Source: Chiloscyllium plagiosum | Taxonomy: Eukaryota | Length of the DNA stretch: 64,000 nt | Assembly (NCBI RefSeq): GCF_004010195.1 | Contig: NC_057720.1 | Location: forward strand, 66,938,844 to 67,002,843 | Reading direction: 5' to 3' | Shown: positions 27,045 through 38,605 of the stretch, piece after piece | How positions within the stretch are numbered: the stretch's first letter is position 1 | How the letters are laid out: every line of letters starts with the position of its first letter | The notes under the pieces: generated by a model | The model's input: only the letters and a program-made list of their open reading frames with translations | Told to the model about the DNA's origin: nothing | Database searches by the model: none | Program-made: the position numbers and the translations under genes

Positions 27045-28512
27045 ACTTACAGTGTGGAAACAGGCCCTTCAGCCCAACAAGTCCACACCGACCCGCCGAA
27101 GCGCACCCACCCAGACCCATTCCCCTACATTTACCGCTGCTAACAAACTCCATATAATGACAACTTTTATAATGCCAGCCCACAAATTTCCAGCTTTACT
27201 GAATTCAGTTCCACAGTGTGCCATGATAGGAATGATACTCATAACCTCAGAATTGCTAGGCCTGTAACATATCCATCACACTGTTAGTATCTAGTTCTGT
27301 TAATACCATTCTAAATATCCAGGAGCAAAAGGTTACAAATCCACAGGTGTTGGGAATTCATTAGTTAGCTTGTATTAAAATGTAAGTTACCATAGCGTAT
27401 TAAAATATATAAAAGAGGGCTTTTGTGGCACAGTGGTAATGTCCTACCTCTGAACCAAAAGGCCTGGGTTCATTTCACATGCTCCACAACCCTGTCATAT
27501 CATCTTTGAACAGGCTGAATCAAAAATATCTATTAAAATGTAAATTTCTAGGAGTACTAATATGTATAAAACTGGTGTTTTTTGGCACAATGGTAGTGGC
27601 ACCTTCTAGCTCAAAAGGTGCAATTCCTACATGTTCCAGAGGTGTGTTATTTAACGTCCAACCTGTTTTATTTAAATTCTAATTTATAATTACCTTAATT
27701 CGGTTCAATTTTGGTTTTGGCGTTTTTGCCATAAGAGGATTAGAAGTTATAATGGTCTTGGAGTACAATGGTAATGTCCCTACTTCTGGATCTGGGTTCA
27801 AGTCTCATGCATAATGGAGCTATGTCATAAAATATCCAAACATGTTGACTAAAACATATTCAAACATATCTAAAGAAAGGCCAGCTAGAAGGAGAGGGGA
27901 ATGTATTTGAAAGGGGTAGCAAGCTCTGTGTGAAAAAATAAAGATGCTTTTCCAAAGTATATTCGTCACTGAATGTGCTTCATAAATATGCCTGATAAGT
28001 TTAATGCACATCACTGGATCCAGCATAGATATAGGATATAGAAGTAAACAGTTTCCTTTTAATCCTGCTGTAGGTAAAATTGGTTATAAGCAGTTGTATA
28101 GTTCTTTCCTTTGTCTATGTAAGTCTACTGAAAATAGTTGATTTGCATACTTCTATCTATAATGTACAATGGGAATGCAGCCTAACAACTGTGGTAAGGA
28201 CAAATGAGATCATTGGCTGTGCTGCTTTTAATGAACATCCCTATTCTGGAAAGGCAAAATCTGCCATACTTTATCCCGTGATGGTATTCTGTTGCTGCCT
28301 AGATTGCAAGGTTGGTGTTCAAAGCAACAGATTTGCTGAATAACAGAACTAAAATGCCTGCCACTCCCAATTTGTGGGCTGGCATTATAAAAGTTGTCAT
28401 TATATGGAGTTTGTTAGCAGCGGTAAATGTAGGGGAATGGGTCTGGGTGGGTGCGCTTCGGCGGGTCGGTGTGGACTTGTTGGGCTGAAGGGCCTGTTTC
28501 CACACTGTAAGT
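27045..28512. repeat. Perfect 144-bp inverted repeat (27045-27188 / 28369-28512)
   Basis: Base-by-base comparison shows identity. Each arm is about 90 bp of SINE 3' end plus about 55 bp of non-SINE sequence. Confidence 0.9.
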
Positions 28513-28822
28513 GTGTGTGTGTGTTTAATTTGAAGGTTATTCAATGATAACTATTTTCAGGAAAATCAATGTCAATAAGTCAGGAATGACTAACAGCCTA
28601 CAACCAGTCAGAGGACTGTGTAACAAAGTATAATGTAGAGTGAGCAGATCACCTTCTGGCAATCAGCAGAAAAATGCTTCTCTTCTGAGTTCCAGTAATT
28701 TTGCCATGGTCATTTATCCTGCTGTGTGAAGCAATCAAATGCCAATACATGGATTACTGGAAAGCGGATACTCATATCAACTGTCACTACCAATTAGTGA
28801 AACATCCTAAAATAAGATATAT

Positions 28823-28854
<32 letters not shown>

Positions 28855-29169
28855 TATATAGATTTGGACTAGCTGCAACTGCTAACAGTTCAAACCTGAA
28901 AACAAACCTCATGGTTTAGGTCATTTTTTTTAAGTCTAACTACACATATTTTTATGAAGTTACTGTGCATTTTAGTTGCAAGATAACACTTATATATTAC
29001 AGCTTCTTGGCATGCTTTAGCAATATGGATTACAGCTGATTTCTTGGTTTTGAGATTCATTTGGGTTAAGGAAAGTGGCAGTTTTGCCTACTAATGTTTC
29101 TTTGGTTGGATTTGCTGCCTTTGCCTATCTATTTGTGGATTGTGCATATCAATCTATATCTCTGCAAGA

Positions 29170-29545
29170 ACTGTTCTTCCAGAAGAAAAGGCAGTTGAAA
29201 GGAGATCTGAATGAGGCTTTCAAAATCATGAACAGTTCAGTCAGAGTAGATAGGGAAAAGTTGTTTCTACTTGTAAAAGAAACAAGAACAAGAGGGATGT
29301 GCAAAGTATGTGCAAAGGTGATATGAGAAAAAAACTTTTTCACTCAATGGGTTGTTAAGGTCTGGAATGTACTGCTTGGAAATGTGGAAGACAGCTTCAT
29401 TTGAGGTGTTCAAGGGGGCATTAGATGGTTTTTTGGATAGTGATGCAGGGATATCAGGAAAAGATAGGAGAGAAAGATAAATAAAAGAGCCAAGTTAGAA
29501 AATAGAGCCAGTGCAGGCATGATGGACCAAATGGTCTCTTTTTGC
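29170..29545 (+). mobile_element. Decayed CR1 LINE 3' fragment
   Basis: Encodes KRQLKGDLNEAFKIM..DREKLF..TRTRG. Confidence 0.6.
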
Positions 29546-31396
29546 ATAGTGACAATTCTGTGACTCTTCTTTTTGGGCTGTTGGAGCTGGTTTCTCTAGT
29601 GGCTAGGTACAGCACGTATGAGATTTACACCTGAAGAATAAGTCTAGTCATGTCTCTATTGGTCTATTTGGGTGTCTTTAAAGCTAAACATGGAGGTATA
29701 GTCAGGATAGGTTTGGAAAGTTATGTTTCTCATTGAAGTCCCTCTAGTAATTATTAGTTTTAGAGGAGTAAAGTTTATGGAGTTTACTTTTCTGTTGCGT
29801 GTACAATTTTGAGCGAGCTGTCATGCATTTTGTTGCAGGTGGTGATATGCTGCAAAATCACCAGCTTTTACCCAAACTAGAACAAATTGTGCATGTAGAA
29901 GTAAAAACAAATGAACATATCTGCAGTCTAGGAGGTGCACACTTGTCCAAAACATGCTGATTTTACACTTATCCATACCTAAGAAGATAAATAGATGTGC
30001 AGAGCTTTAAATTCAGGCCATCACTGAAAAATAAAACCTTTTTTCTAGTTCAGTATTGGATGGAAGTTCCATCTGGGTTGCATTTAGACAAAATGTCTCT
30101 TGTCTTTGACAAACTTTACTGTGACAAAATAATGAATGAACTGATAGCTGATTAAACATTAAATCTTTTCAGCTTTTGTTCTTGTGCCAAAAATATCTGG
30201 CAGGCTCCAATGTTTTGTTTCTGAACCCCCTGAAAATGTCTTTTTAATTTTGTACCAGTTATACTTGGCATTAATTCTAATTGGCATAAAGGTAACTTTC
30301 CAATAAATGTGGATTCCTATTAATGAATATGCTTTCTATTATAACTAAATTACATAGTAAATAATCATTTGTTTTTCATCTTATTCAAGCTGATTGCAAA
30401 CTACAAAACAATTAAGGATAACTATCAGCTGATAAATATCTGATTCATAGACTCATGATTCTCAGTTCACACACACCAGTACTTTTGTCAAATTTGTCCT
30501 TCCTTCTGAAGTTCGTGAATTTTGCTTCAGTACAAAAGTTCAAAAGAACACCAGTACTCCCCTGTCATCTCACTCATAACCTTTCTTTGTATAAGAATCT
30601 CGATCCTAAAGTCTTACTTTACTTGATGACACACATTTGAGTTAAGTCTGGTTCTGCGCACAAGTAGAAAATCAATGATCACAAAAAGGCAGCTCATTTT
30701 ACACACCTCTCAACTTTCATGTTCATTCACTTTAATGGAAATAAAATTGGGACACATTTCAAAATGGACTGCCAATTTGTAATCATCCATTCTACACTGT
30801 AGAGGAGAAAAGCAGGGAGGTAGACAGAGAAGGAGGAAGGCAGGAAATGAGACAATCATTGTCTATTTGATTTTGGGATATTGTAGCATCCCAACTGTGA
30901 CCTGGTTAAGATCAATGATTGATCCTGTAGACATGCTACTCCGAATAACCCATTCAGCAATACTTGTTTATCAAATGTTTGAATTCTTGTGACAGTGCCA
31001 GTATCCTAATCCTTTTGATGAATGTTTTTCTTAATTATTCAGGACTTATGTGTGAAATAAGAGATGAAAATCAGAAAATCATTATTTGTTTGTGCTGCGT
31101 ACATATCAACTACAGTTATTTTAAATTGAAATGACAAATATCAATTCATCTTATAAGTGGAACCAAACTCAAACTACTAAACAGAAAAGGGTAAGTGCAG
31201 AGGAACATCTCTCAATATGTACTTGCCAGTTCACAATTATCCTAACAGTTATACATTTCTTGATACTACTTCAGTGGCTTTGGACAGGCAAGTGATACTG
31301 AAAGAAAAATACAAAAGGTAAAGACACTATTAAATGTTATGACTGATTTTGATTTGTTCCACAGACTTAAACAAACTTTGCCTTCCAAAGAGAAAC

Positions 31397-34168
31397 AAAC
31401 TTGGAAGGAGATCTCAGCTATCTGTAAGAATAATAGGGTAGTTATGGTAGAGGATTTTAACTTTCCAAACATGGACTGCCATATTGTTAAAGGTTTAGAT
31501 GGAGAGGAATTTCTTAAGTGTGTACAAGACAATTTTCTGATTCAGTATGTAGATGTACCTACCAGAGAAGGTGCAAACCTTGACCTACTCTTGGGAAATA
31601 AGGCAGGGCAGGTGACTGAAGTGTCAGTGGGGGAGCACTTTGGGGCCAGCGACCATAATTCTATTCGTTTTAAAATAGTGATGGAAAAGGATAGACCATA
31701 TCTAAAAGTTGAAGTTCTAAATTGGAGAAAGGCCAATTTTGACGGTATTAGGCAAGAACTTTTGAAAGCTGATTGGGGGCAGATGTTCGCAGATAAAGGG
31801 AAGGCTGGAAAATGGGAAGCCTTCAGAAATGAGATAACAAGAATCCAGAGAAAGTATATTCCTGTCAGAGTGAAAGGGAAGGCTGGTAGGTAAAGTGAAT
31901 GCTGGATGAGGATTTGGTTAAGAAAAAGGAAGCATATGTCAGGTATAGACATGATAGATTGAGTGAGTCCTTAGAAGAGTATAAAGAAAGTAGGAGTATA
32001 CTTAAGATGGAAATCGGGGACATGAGATAGCTTTGGCAAATAGAATTAAGGAGAATCCAAAGGATTTTTACAAATATATTAAGGACAAAAGGGTAACTAG
32101 GGAGAGAATAGGGCTCCTCAAAGATCAGCAAGGCGGCCTTTGTGTGGAGCCACTAAATGAATATTTTGCATCAGTATTTACTGTGGAAAAGGATATGGAA
32201 GATATAGCCTGTAGGGAAATAGATGGTGACATCTTACAAAATGTCCAGATTAGAGGAGGAAGTGCTGGGTGTCTTGAAATGGTTAAAAGTGGATAAATCC
32301 CCAGGACCTGATCAGGTGTACCTGAGAACTCTGTGGGAAGCTAGAGAAGTGATTGCTGGGCCTCTTGCTGAGATATTTGTATCATCGATAGTCACAGGTG
32401 AGGTACCGGAAGACTGGAGTTTGGCAAAAGTGTGCCACTGTTTAAGGAGGGTGGTAAAGACAAGCCAGGGAACTATAGACCGGTGAGCCTGACCTCGGTG
32501 GTGGGCAAGTTGTAGGGAAATAGATGGTGACATCTTGCAAAATGTCCAGATTAGAGGAGGAAGTGCTGGATGTCTTGAAACGGTTAAAAGTGGATAAATC
32601 CCCAGGACCTGATCAGGTGTACCCGAGAACTCTGTGAGAAGCTAGAGAAGTGATTGCTGAGCCTCTTGCTGAGATATTTGTATCATCGATAGTCACAGGT
32701 AAGGTACCGGAAGACTGGAGGTTGGCAAATGTGTGCCACTGTTTAAGGAGGGCGGTAAAGACAAGTCAGGGAACTATAGACCGGAGAGCCTGACGTCAGT
32801 GGTGGGCAAGTTGTTGGAGTGAATCCTGAGGGACAGGATGTACATGTATTTGGAAATTCAAGGACTGATTCGGGATAGTCAACATGGCTTTGTGCATGGG
32901 AAATAATGTCTCACAAACTTGATTGAGTTTTTTGAAGAAATAACAAAGAAGATTGATGAGAGCAGGGCAGTAGATGTGATCTATATGGACTTCAGTAAGG
33001 CGTTCAACAAGGTTCCCCATGGGAGACTGATTAGTAAGGTTAGATCTCATGGAATACAGGGAGAACTAGCCATTTGGATACAGAACTGGCTCAAAGGTAG
33101 AAGACAGAGGGTGGTGGTGGAGGGTTGTTTTTCAGACTGGAGGCCAGTGACCAGTGGAGTGCCACAAGGATCGGTGCTGGATGCTCTACTTTTTGTCATT
33201 TACATAAATGATTTGGATGTGGGCATAAGAGGTACAGTTAATAAGTTTGCAGATGACACCAAAATTGGAGGTGTAGTGGACAGCGAAGAGGGTTACCTCC
33301 GATTACAACAGGATCTTGACCAGATGGGCCAATGGGCTGAGAAGTGGCAGATGGAGTTTAATTCAGATAAATGCGAGGTGCTGCATTTTGGGAAAGCAAA
33401 TCTTAGCAGGATTTATACACTTAATGCTAAGGTCCTAGGCAGTGTTGCTGAAGAAAGAGACCTTGGAGTGCAGGTTCATAGCTCATTGAAAGTGGAAACG
33501 CAGGTGGATAAGATAGTGAAGAAGGCATTTGGTATGCTTTCCTTTATTGGTCAGAGTATTGAGGATAGGAGTTGGGAGGTCATGTTGCGGCTGTACAGGA
33601 CATTGGTTAGGCCATTGTTGGAATATTGCGTGCAATTCTGGTCTCCTTCCTATCGGAAAGATGTTGTAAAACTTGTAAGGGTTCAGAAAAGATTTACAAG
33701 GATGTTGCCAGGGTTAGAGGATCAGAGCTACAGGGAGAGGCTGAACAGGCTGGGGCTATTTTCCCTGGAACGTCGGAGGCTGAGGGGTGACCTTGTAGAG
33801 GTTTACAAAATTATGAGGGGCATGGATAGGATAAATAGATAAAGTCTTTTCCCTGGGGTCGGGGAGTCCAGAACTAGAGGGCATAAGTTTAGGGTGTGAG
33901 AGGGGAAAGATATAAAAGAGACCTAAGGGGCAACTTTTTCACGCGGAGGGTGGTACGTGTATGGAACGAGCTGCCAGAGGATGTGGTGGAGGCTGGTACA
34001 ATTGCAACATTTAAGAGGCATCTTGGGTGGGTATATGAATAGGAAGGGTTTAGAGGGATATGGGCCGGGTGCTGGCAGCTGGGACTAGATTGGGTTGGGA
34101 TGTCTGGTCGGAATGGACGGGTTGGACCGAAGGGTCTGTTTCCATGCTGTACATCTCTATGACTCTAT
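31397..34168 (+). mobile_element. CR1-clade LINE, long copy (APE endonuclease C-terminus plus RT, frameshifted) with an internal 301-bp tandem duplication
   Basis: EDFNFP, LDLLL and SDHN (APE); YMDFSKAF, GVPQGS and KFADD (RT); CTATGACTCTAT tail. Confidence 0.95.
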
Positions 34169-35925
34169 AAATATATACTGTTTGAGATATCAACGGCATC
34201 AGTGGTATGAGGAGTAAGTTTCTAGTTTCTGCTTCTAGTACTAGACCAAACAACTGCAAAATACATATTTAATGACTGTAGTTGGAATGCACGCATTGAG
34301 TTCAGATAAATACAAATTAAAAGCAGATGTACTAAAAAAGGCTAACAGCACAAACTCATATTAGAGTGAGGATTGTTTTGTTTAATTATTTTTGAATTGT
34401 TGTTACCAACAAGGTTGTCAAAACAAAAGCTTCAATTTCCTTCTTGTCATGACCATAGTGGGAAATAGTGCACTGGAAATCAAAACCCACTGTTCCACAG
34501 GTTGTCATGAAATATGACCAATTTAAAATGCTTGTGACCACTATCAAAGAAAAAGAAACTCACTTAGGTTTCATTAATGAACAAGAAAATGAAAATACTT
34601 ATTTATTAGAATACATAAGAAAATAAACTCAAGCCAGCAAGTACCCTCCATATTGAAATCTTTGTAGATGTTTACCAGTCCACTGCAACTGAAAGTGATA
34701 CATTTTTAATGTCTTTTTTTCTCCTTAAACTTCAAATTAGGATATAAATTAAGTCCCAGTAAACAGATTGGCTATTTTTCCCAAGGACATTGAGATTGGA
34801 GCTGGAGATGGTGGGTGTATCAGAAACACTTTACAATGGTTCTAAAGAAGCTATGTAATTTTAAACTAAGTTTCATACTGGCACATGTCCAGAGCATTAA
34901 GTGACCATAAATTGGAATGAATGGCCTTAATCTCTCAGAAAATAAAATAATTAGTGAAAAATACAATTGCCACTTAGGCAGTTAGGGCACACTACTCCAA
35001 ATGTTCTGCCAGCATGGAGATCCTTCCTTACCCTGGAAGCGACGAACATCAACAAAATAACAGATGAAAATCCTGTTTTCAGTAATGATGTCCTTATCTT
35101 CATTGGTGGAAAAATTATACATTGAACAGGACAATGAAAGAATTTTAGGAGATAGTTTAAAAGCTTACAAATTTAGAAATATATTTCAATGAAATACATT
35201 ATCTCTAAACAAAAACCCTGCACCATTAAACATTGACCCATCACTGGGCACTAAACAGTTTAAAACTCCAGGCTTGTAAGGATGTGCCATTTCACAGGAG
35301 AGCACCATGTCCCTGTTTCATGATCACATGCCACAGTGGTTCAAGCAAGCTTTCATAATATCTAATCTCTCTTGTCCTTATATAACAACTACTACCCCTT
35401 TCAGACGTCTTGCATAATAGATATCAAAAAAACTGCAGTGAGCCAGTGCAACAGTTTCTACAGCATTACTGTACTGCAGCAGTAAGAAAAGTTCAAACCT
35501 GTTTAATAGCATAAAAACAGTGTCAAAGTTGCACTGCCACTGTAGGTCCAGGTTTGATTTCTATGGTCTATGGTGAGTTATCTGATATGAAATGGAGCAG
35601 TGATGTACATGCTTCAGATAACTTCGTAGTGATGTGAGGGGAAAAAAAACCTGGCAGATAACTAATGCTTCTCCTTGTGATTATCATCCTGTAACGTTCA
35701 CTAAAATAGATCCATTTTGATTGTGAGACCTTCTGAATCCTCTGTTCAGCAGCTTTGTTTTCCAGTGGCTATCACACAGGGTCTTCTTCCAATTTTAGGA
35801 TTCAGCTGTATTTAATTGAGTCACAGACTAAGTCTTGGAGTGGATTCTTCCAATAATAGTGGAGGTTGTTGTGTATTAAAGAAGTAGTAAGTTTTTATGC
35901 CAATGGGTATTAAGTTATTAATTGT

Positions 35926-36129
35926 CTAAAATATAAACTGCAAATCTTCCGTGATGCCCATATGATTGAGGTAGTTGAGGATGTCTTCATTAAAGGTTAT
36001 GGATCCACAAACCACAACAAATGGTTTCTGTCTGCATGAATTAACAAAATCCTTCACCATATCTTCATTTATACGTCCACGGTAAGATTTTTCTTGATAA
36101 CTCCAGGGAAGAGTTTCCAGATCGCACTC
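35926..36129 (-). CDS. CYB5RL: CYB5RL last coding exon
   Basis: ttttag acceptor; 204 bp: ECDLETLPWSYQEKSYRGRI..KPFVVVCGSITFNEDI..LQFIF*. Not in the ORF track. Confidence 0.9.
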   Translation of the reverse strand, partial: ECDLETLPWSYQEKSYRGRINEDMVKDFVNSCRQKPFVVVCGSITFNEDILNYLNHMGITEDLQFIF

Positions 36130-36449
36130 CTAAAATAATTTAGGTTATCAATAATTAATATAAATGTAGGTGAGGCTTGTGTTTGATAACTGGGTTGCTT
36201 GTATTCCCATTACAGCAGCAATTTTATTTCTTAGGCAATTGCTTGTTTTTAATTGGAAAGAAATTGTCAAAAGCAGATTGTTTCCAACTATCAACTACTT
36301 CTTCAGTCACAAACCAGAAGAAATATGGTGATATTTTTATATCTGTTGATGATTGTAAAATTGAAGAAGCTACTGTCATTAATTGTCTCTTATTGAGGAT
36401 GCTCTTTGTTAGTTGGACCAAAATATTTCTCATTGTCCCTAGTTTGACT

Positions 36450-37010
36450 GATGTGACTAGTAAATATGCAAAATATTTCTTTCTGCTTCCTTTTATATAT
36501 TTCCCCTTTTTCTCACTTTTTTTTTGTTCCCTTCATCACTTTAATTTCTCTCTTCCAGATTTGTTTTGCTGTCTCACTTGCATATTTTCTTACTCTTTCA
36601 CTTGTTTCTAATGTTTTATCTCCTCCACTTTTGTGTCTGTTTTTACCTCTTCCACTGTCCTCGTCTCTACTCCATATTCACCCATAATGTTTGTAATTCT
36701 GTTTCACTTCATTCACTTGTGTCTTATTATTTTTCTTTCTCGCTTTTATTTGTTTCTTTCCCCTTGCCAACTTTTTTCACTGTATTTTTCTCTCTTTCAG
36801 CCAATTCTTATTTCTAGTATTCTCCCATTCCTCACTCATTTGTTTCATTCTCCCTCTCCCCTTTGGGTTTCTATCTCTCCTGTTCCTCCTTCACTTGTTT
36901 TGCTCTTTTCCTGCTTCATGACTGGTCATTTTTACCCCATCCTTCTCCTTATTCGTACATTTATTCTTATTGTCCTGCTTTTCATTTTTTGTTATGCCCC
37001 TTTTCTTCAT
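36450..37010. repeat. Low-complexity pyrimidine-rich (C/T) tract in the last CYB5RL intron
   Basis: About 550 bp strongly T/C-biased on the plus strand, producing spurious F/L/S-rich ORFs. Confidence 0.7.
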
Positions 37011-37354
37011 ATTACTTTAGGAAAGTGGACAAAAGGATGCATGTGTTAAAGATGCCTTTAGAGTAGGTGTAGACACAAAGGAGGCAGAAGTGATAATATC
37101 TAAATTCTAAATTTTACTTCATTTGCTATGTGTGACAATTCTTCAGTGTAATACGTTGCTTATCATGCTCGATGATACCACTGCTGTTAGACATCTAAAG
37201 ATACTGTTGACATAGCATCACCTTTAAAGTGACTTCAGAAAAGAGAAAATCCAGAGCACAGAGTTTAGATTATTGTGGAGAATTTTCTTCAGGTCAATGG
37301 AGAGAATCACATTTTGCCACCAGCTGCAAAGTCTGTGCTAAGGTGTCATCTTAC

Positions 37355-37558
37355 CTGACTCAGAACAAACAATGTTTTCACATTCCAGTAAGCAGCCAGT
37401 TCCTGAACTTGAGACTTCATGTAGATATCTTGGAAAGTCCTGAAGCAGCCCACCAAAGTAACAAAAGTTTCGTCCTCTTCATTTGCTACAATATATTGGA
37501 TCAGAGGTATCATTGGAGCTATACCTGTCCCTGAGGCAAACAGCAATAGCTGCTCATA
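37355..37558 (-). CDS. CYB5RL: CYB5RL coding exon 5 (NAD-binding domain)
   Basis: 204 bp: YEQLLLFASGTGIAPMIP..EDETFVTLVGCF..WNVKTLFVLSQ|gtaag. Confidence 0.95.
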
Positions 37559-38177
37559 CTGCCAAATATAAAGTAAATGGTGTCAATATACCGTAAACCA
37601 TTGATCATTACATTTTGTACAATTTATCTATGGTTCTAAACTGTCAATGTTAAAGTAAGAAATCTTTCAGTCTTAGTTAACGCTTGCAGATTAATAATTA
37701 GAGAGACAATATTATTATTCCTTTACAACAGTTTATATATGGATTAAACTAAAGTTGTGATTGTGGTTTTGGACCACAGGGCTGCTCCCTCATTATAGAA
37801 AGACAACTGGTGGTGGTCTAACATTAGGGTGCCACACCTCAGGTGAGGGGAGAAGTTAAGAAGGAGACTCCTTCATGGTAACCTCAGTCCACTGAACCCA
37901 TGCTGTTGGTATCACTCTGCACTGCAAACCGGCCATCGAGCCAAATGAGCTAACTGACCACTCTACTGTTAACTTTAGTAAGAAAATACATTATTGTAAT
38001 TAAGAAATCTCACAGATTACACTGTAATTTCTTTAGGAATGATGGGGAGCCAAAAAAAACTATAATTTCTGTTTCTCACTAATCAAAACAACCTTTGAAT
38101 TATATTATTGTGTATTATCAAATTTTGCGATTATTACAACAATTCCAAAATGCAAATACTCTCGCTGAGTGATTGAC

Positions 38178-38282
38178 CTGATTTGGTTTGTATGGCAAAC
38201 CTCCAAAAGGACCCCGCCAGCACACACTATCCCACTCCTTCCAGGTCTTCACATACTGAGACATTAATCCGTCTTCATAAAT
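38178..38282 (-). CDS. CYB5RL: CYB5RL coding exon 4
   Basis: 105 bp: IYEDGLMSQYVKTWKEWDSVCWRGPFGGLPYKPNQ. Confidence 0.95.
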
Positions 38283-38517
38283 CTGTCGTAAAGACAAAGT
38301 GAAACCGTTGATGTGCATAATACATAATTGCATTTTTAAGACTACCTAAAATGCTTCACACATTGAATTACTTTTAGAGTGTTATAAGTTACAGATGAAA
38401 CATAGTAAATATTAAAATTTAGCACTGTAGATTTATCTGTTACCTGATTAATTGCTCAATTACAGTACAGTAACAAAAGTGCAACATTCTGACTAAAGCA
38501 CAGCAAAAACACAATAC

Positions 38518-38605
38518 CTTTATCAGAACCTCAAAGTAACCTTTTGCATCCAAGGGGTTCACTGGAGTGTACGCTCTCTGAATTTCTATATCATTGACAA
38601 CTCCC
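38518..38605 (-). CDS. CYB5RL: CYB5RL coding exon 3 (FAD-binding RxYTP motif)
   Basis: 88 bp, phase 2->0: GVVNDIEIQRAYTPVNPLDAKGYFEVLIK. Confidence 0.92.

Noticed and set aside
32919-33842. 307-aa RT ORF as an active or domesticated gene
   Set aside because: Stops, frameshifts and a duplication upstream, and a premature stop downstream; it is an ordinary dead CR1 copy.
36177-37066. Several hydrophobic F/L/S-rich ORFs resembling membrane proteins
   Set aside because: They arise from the pyrimidine-rich low-complexity tract, antisense within a CYB5RL intron.
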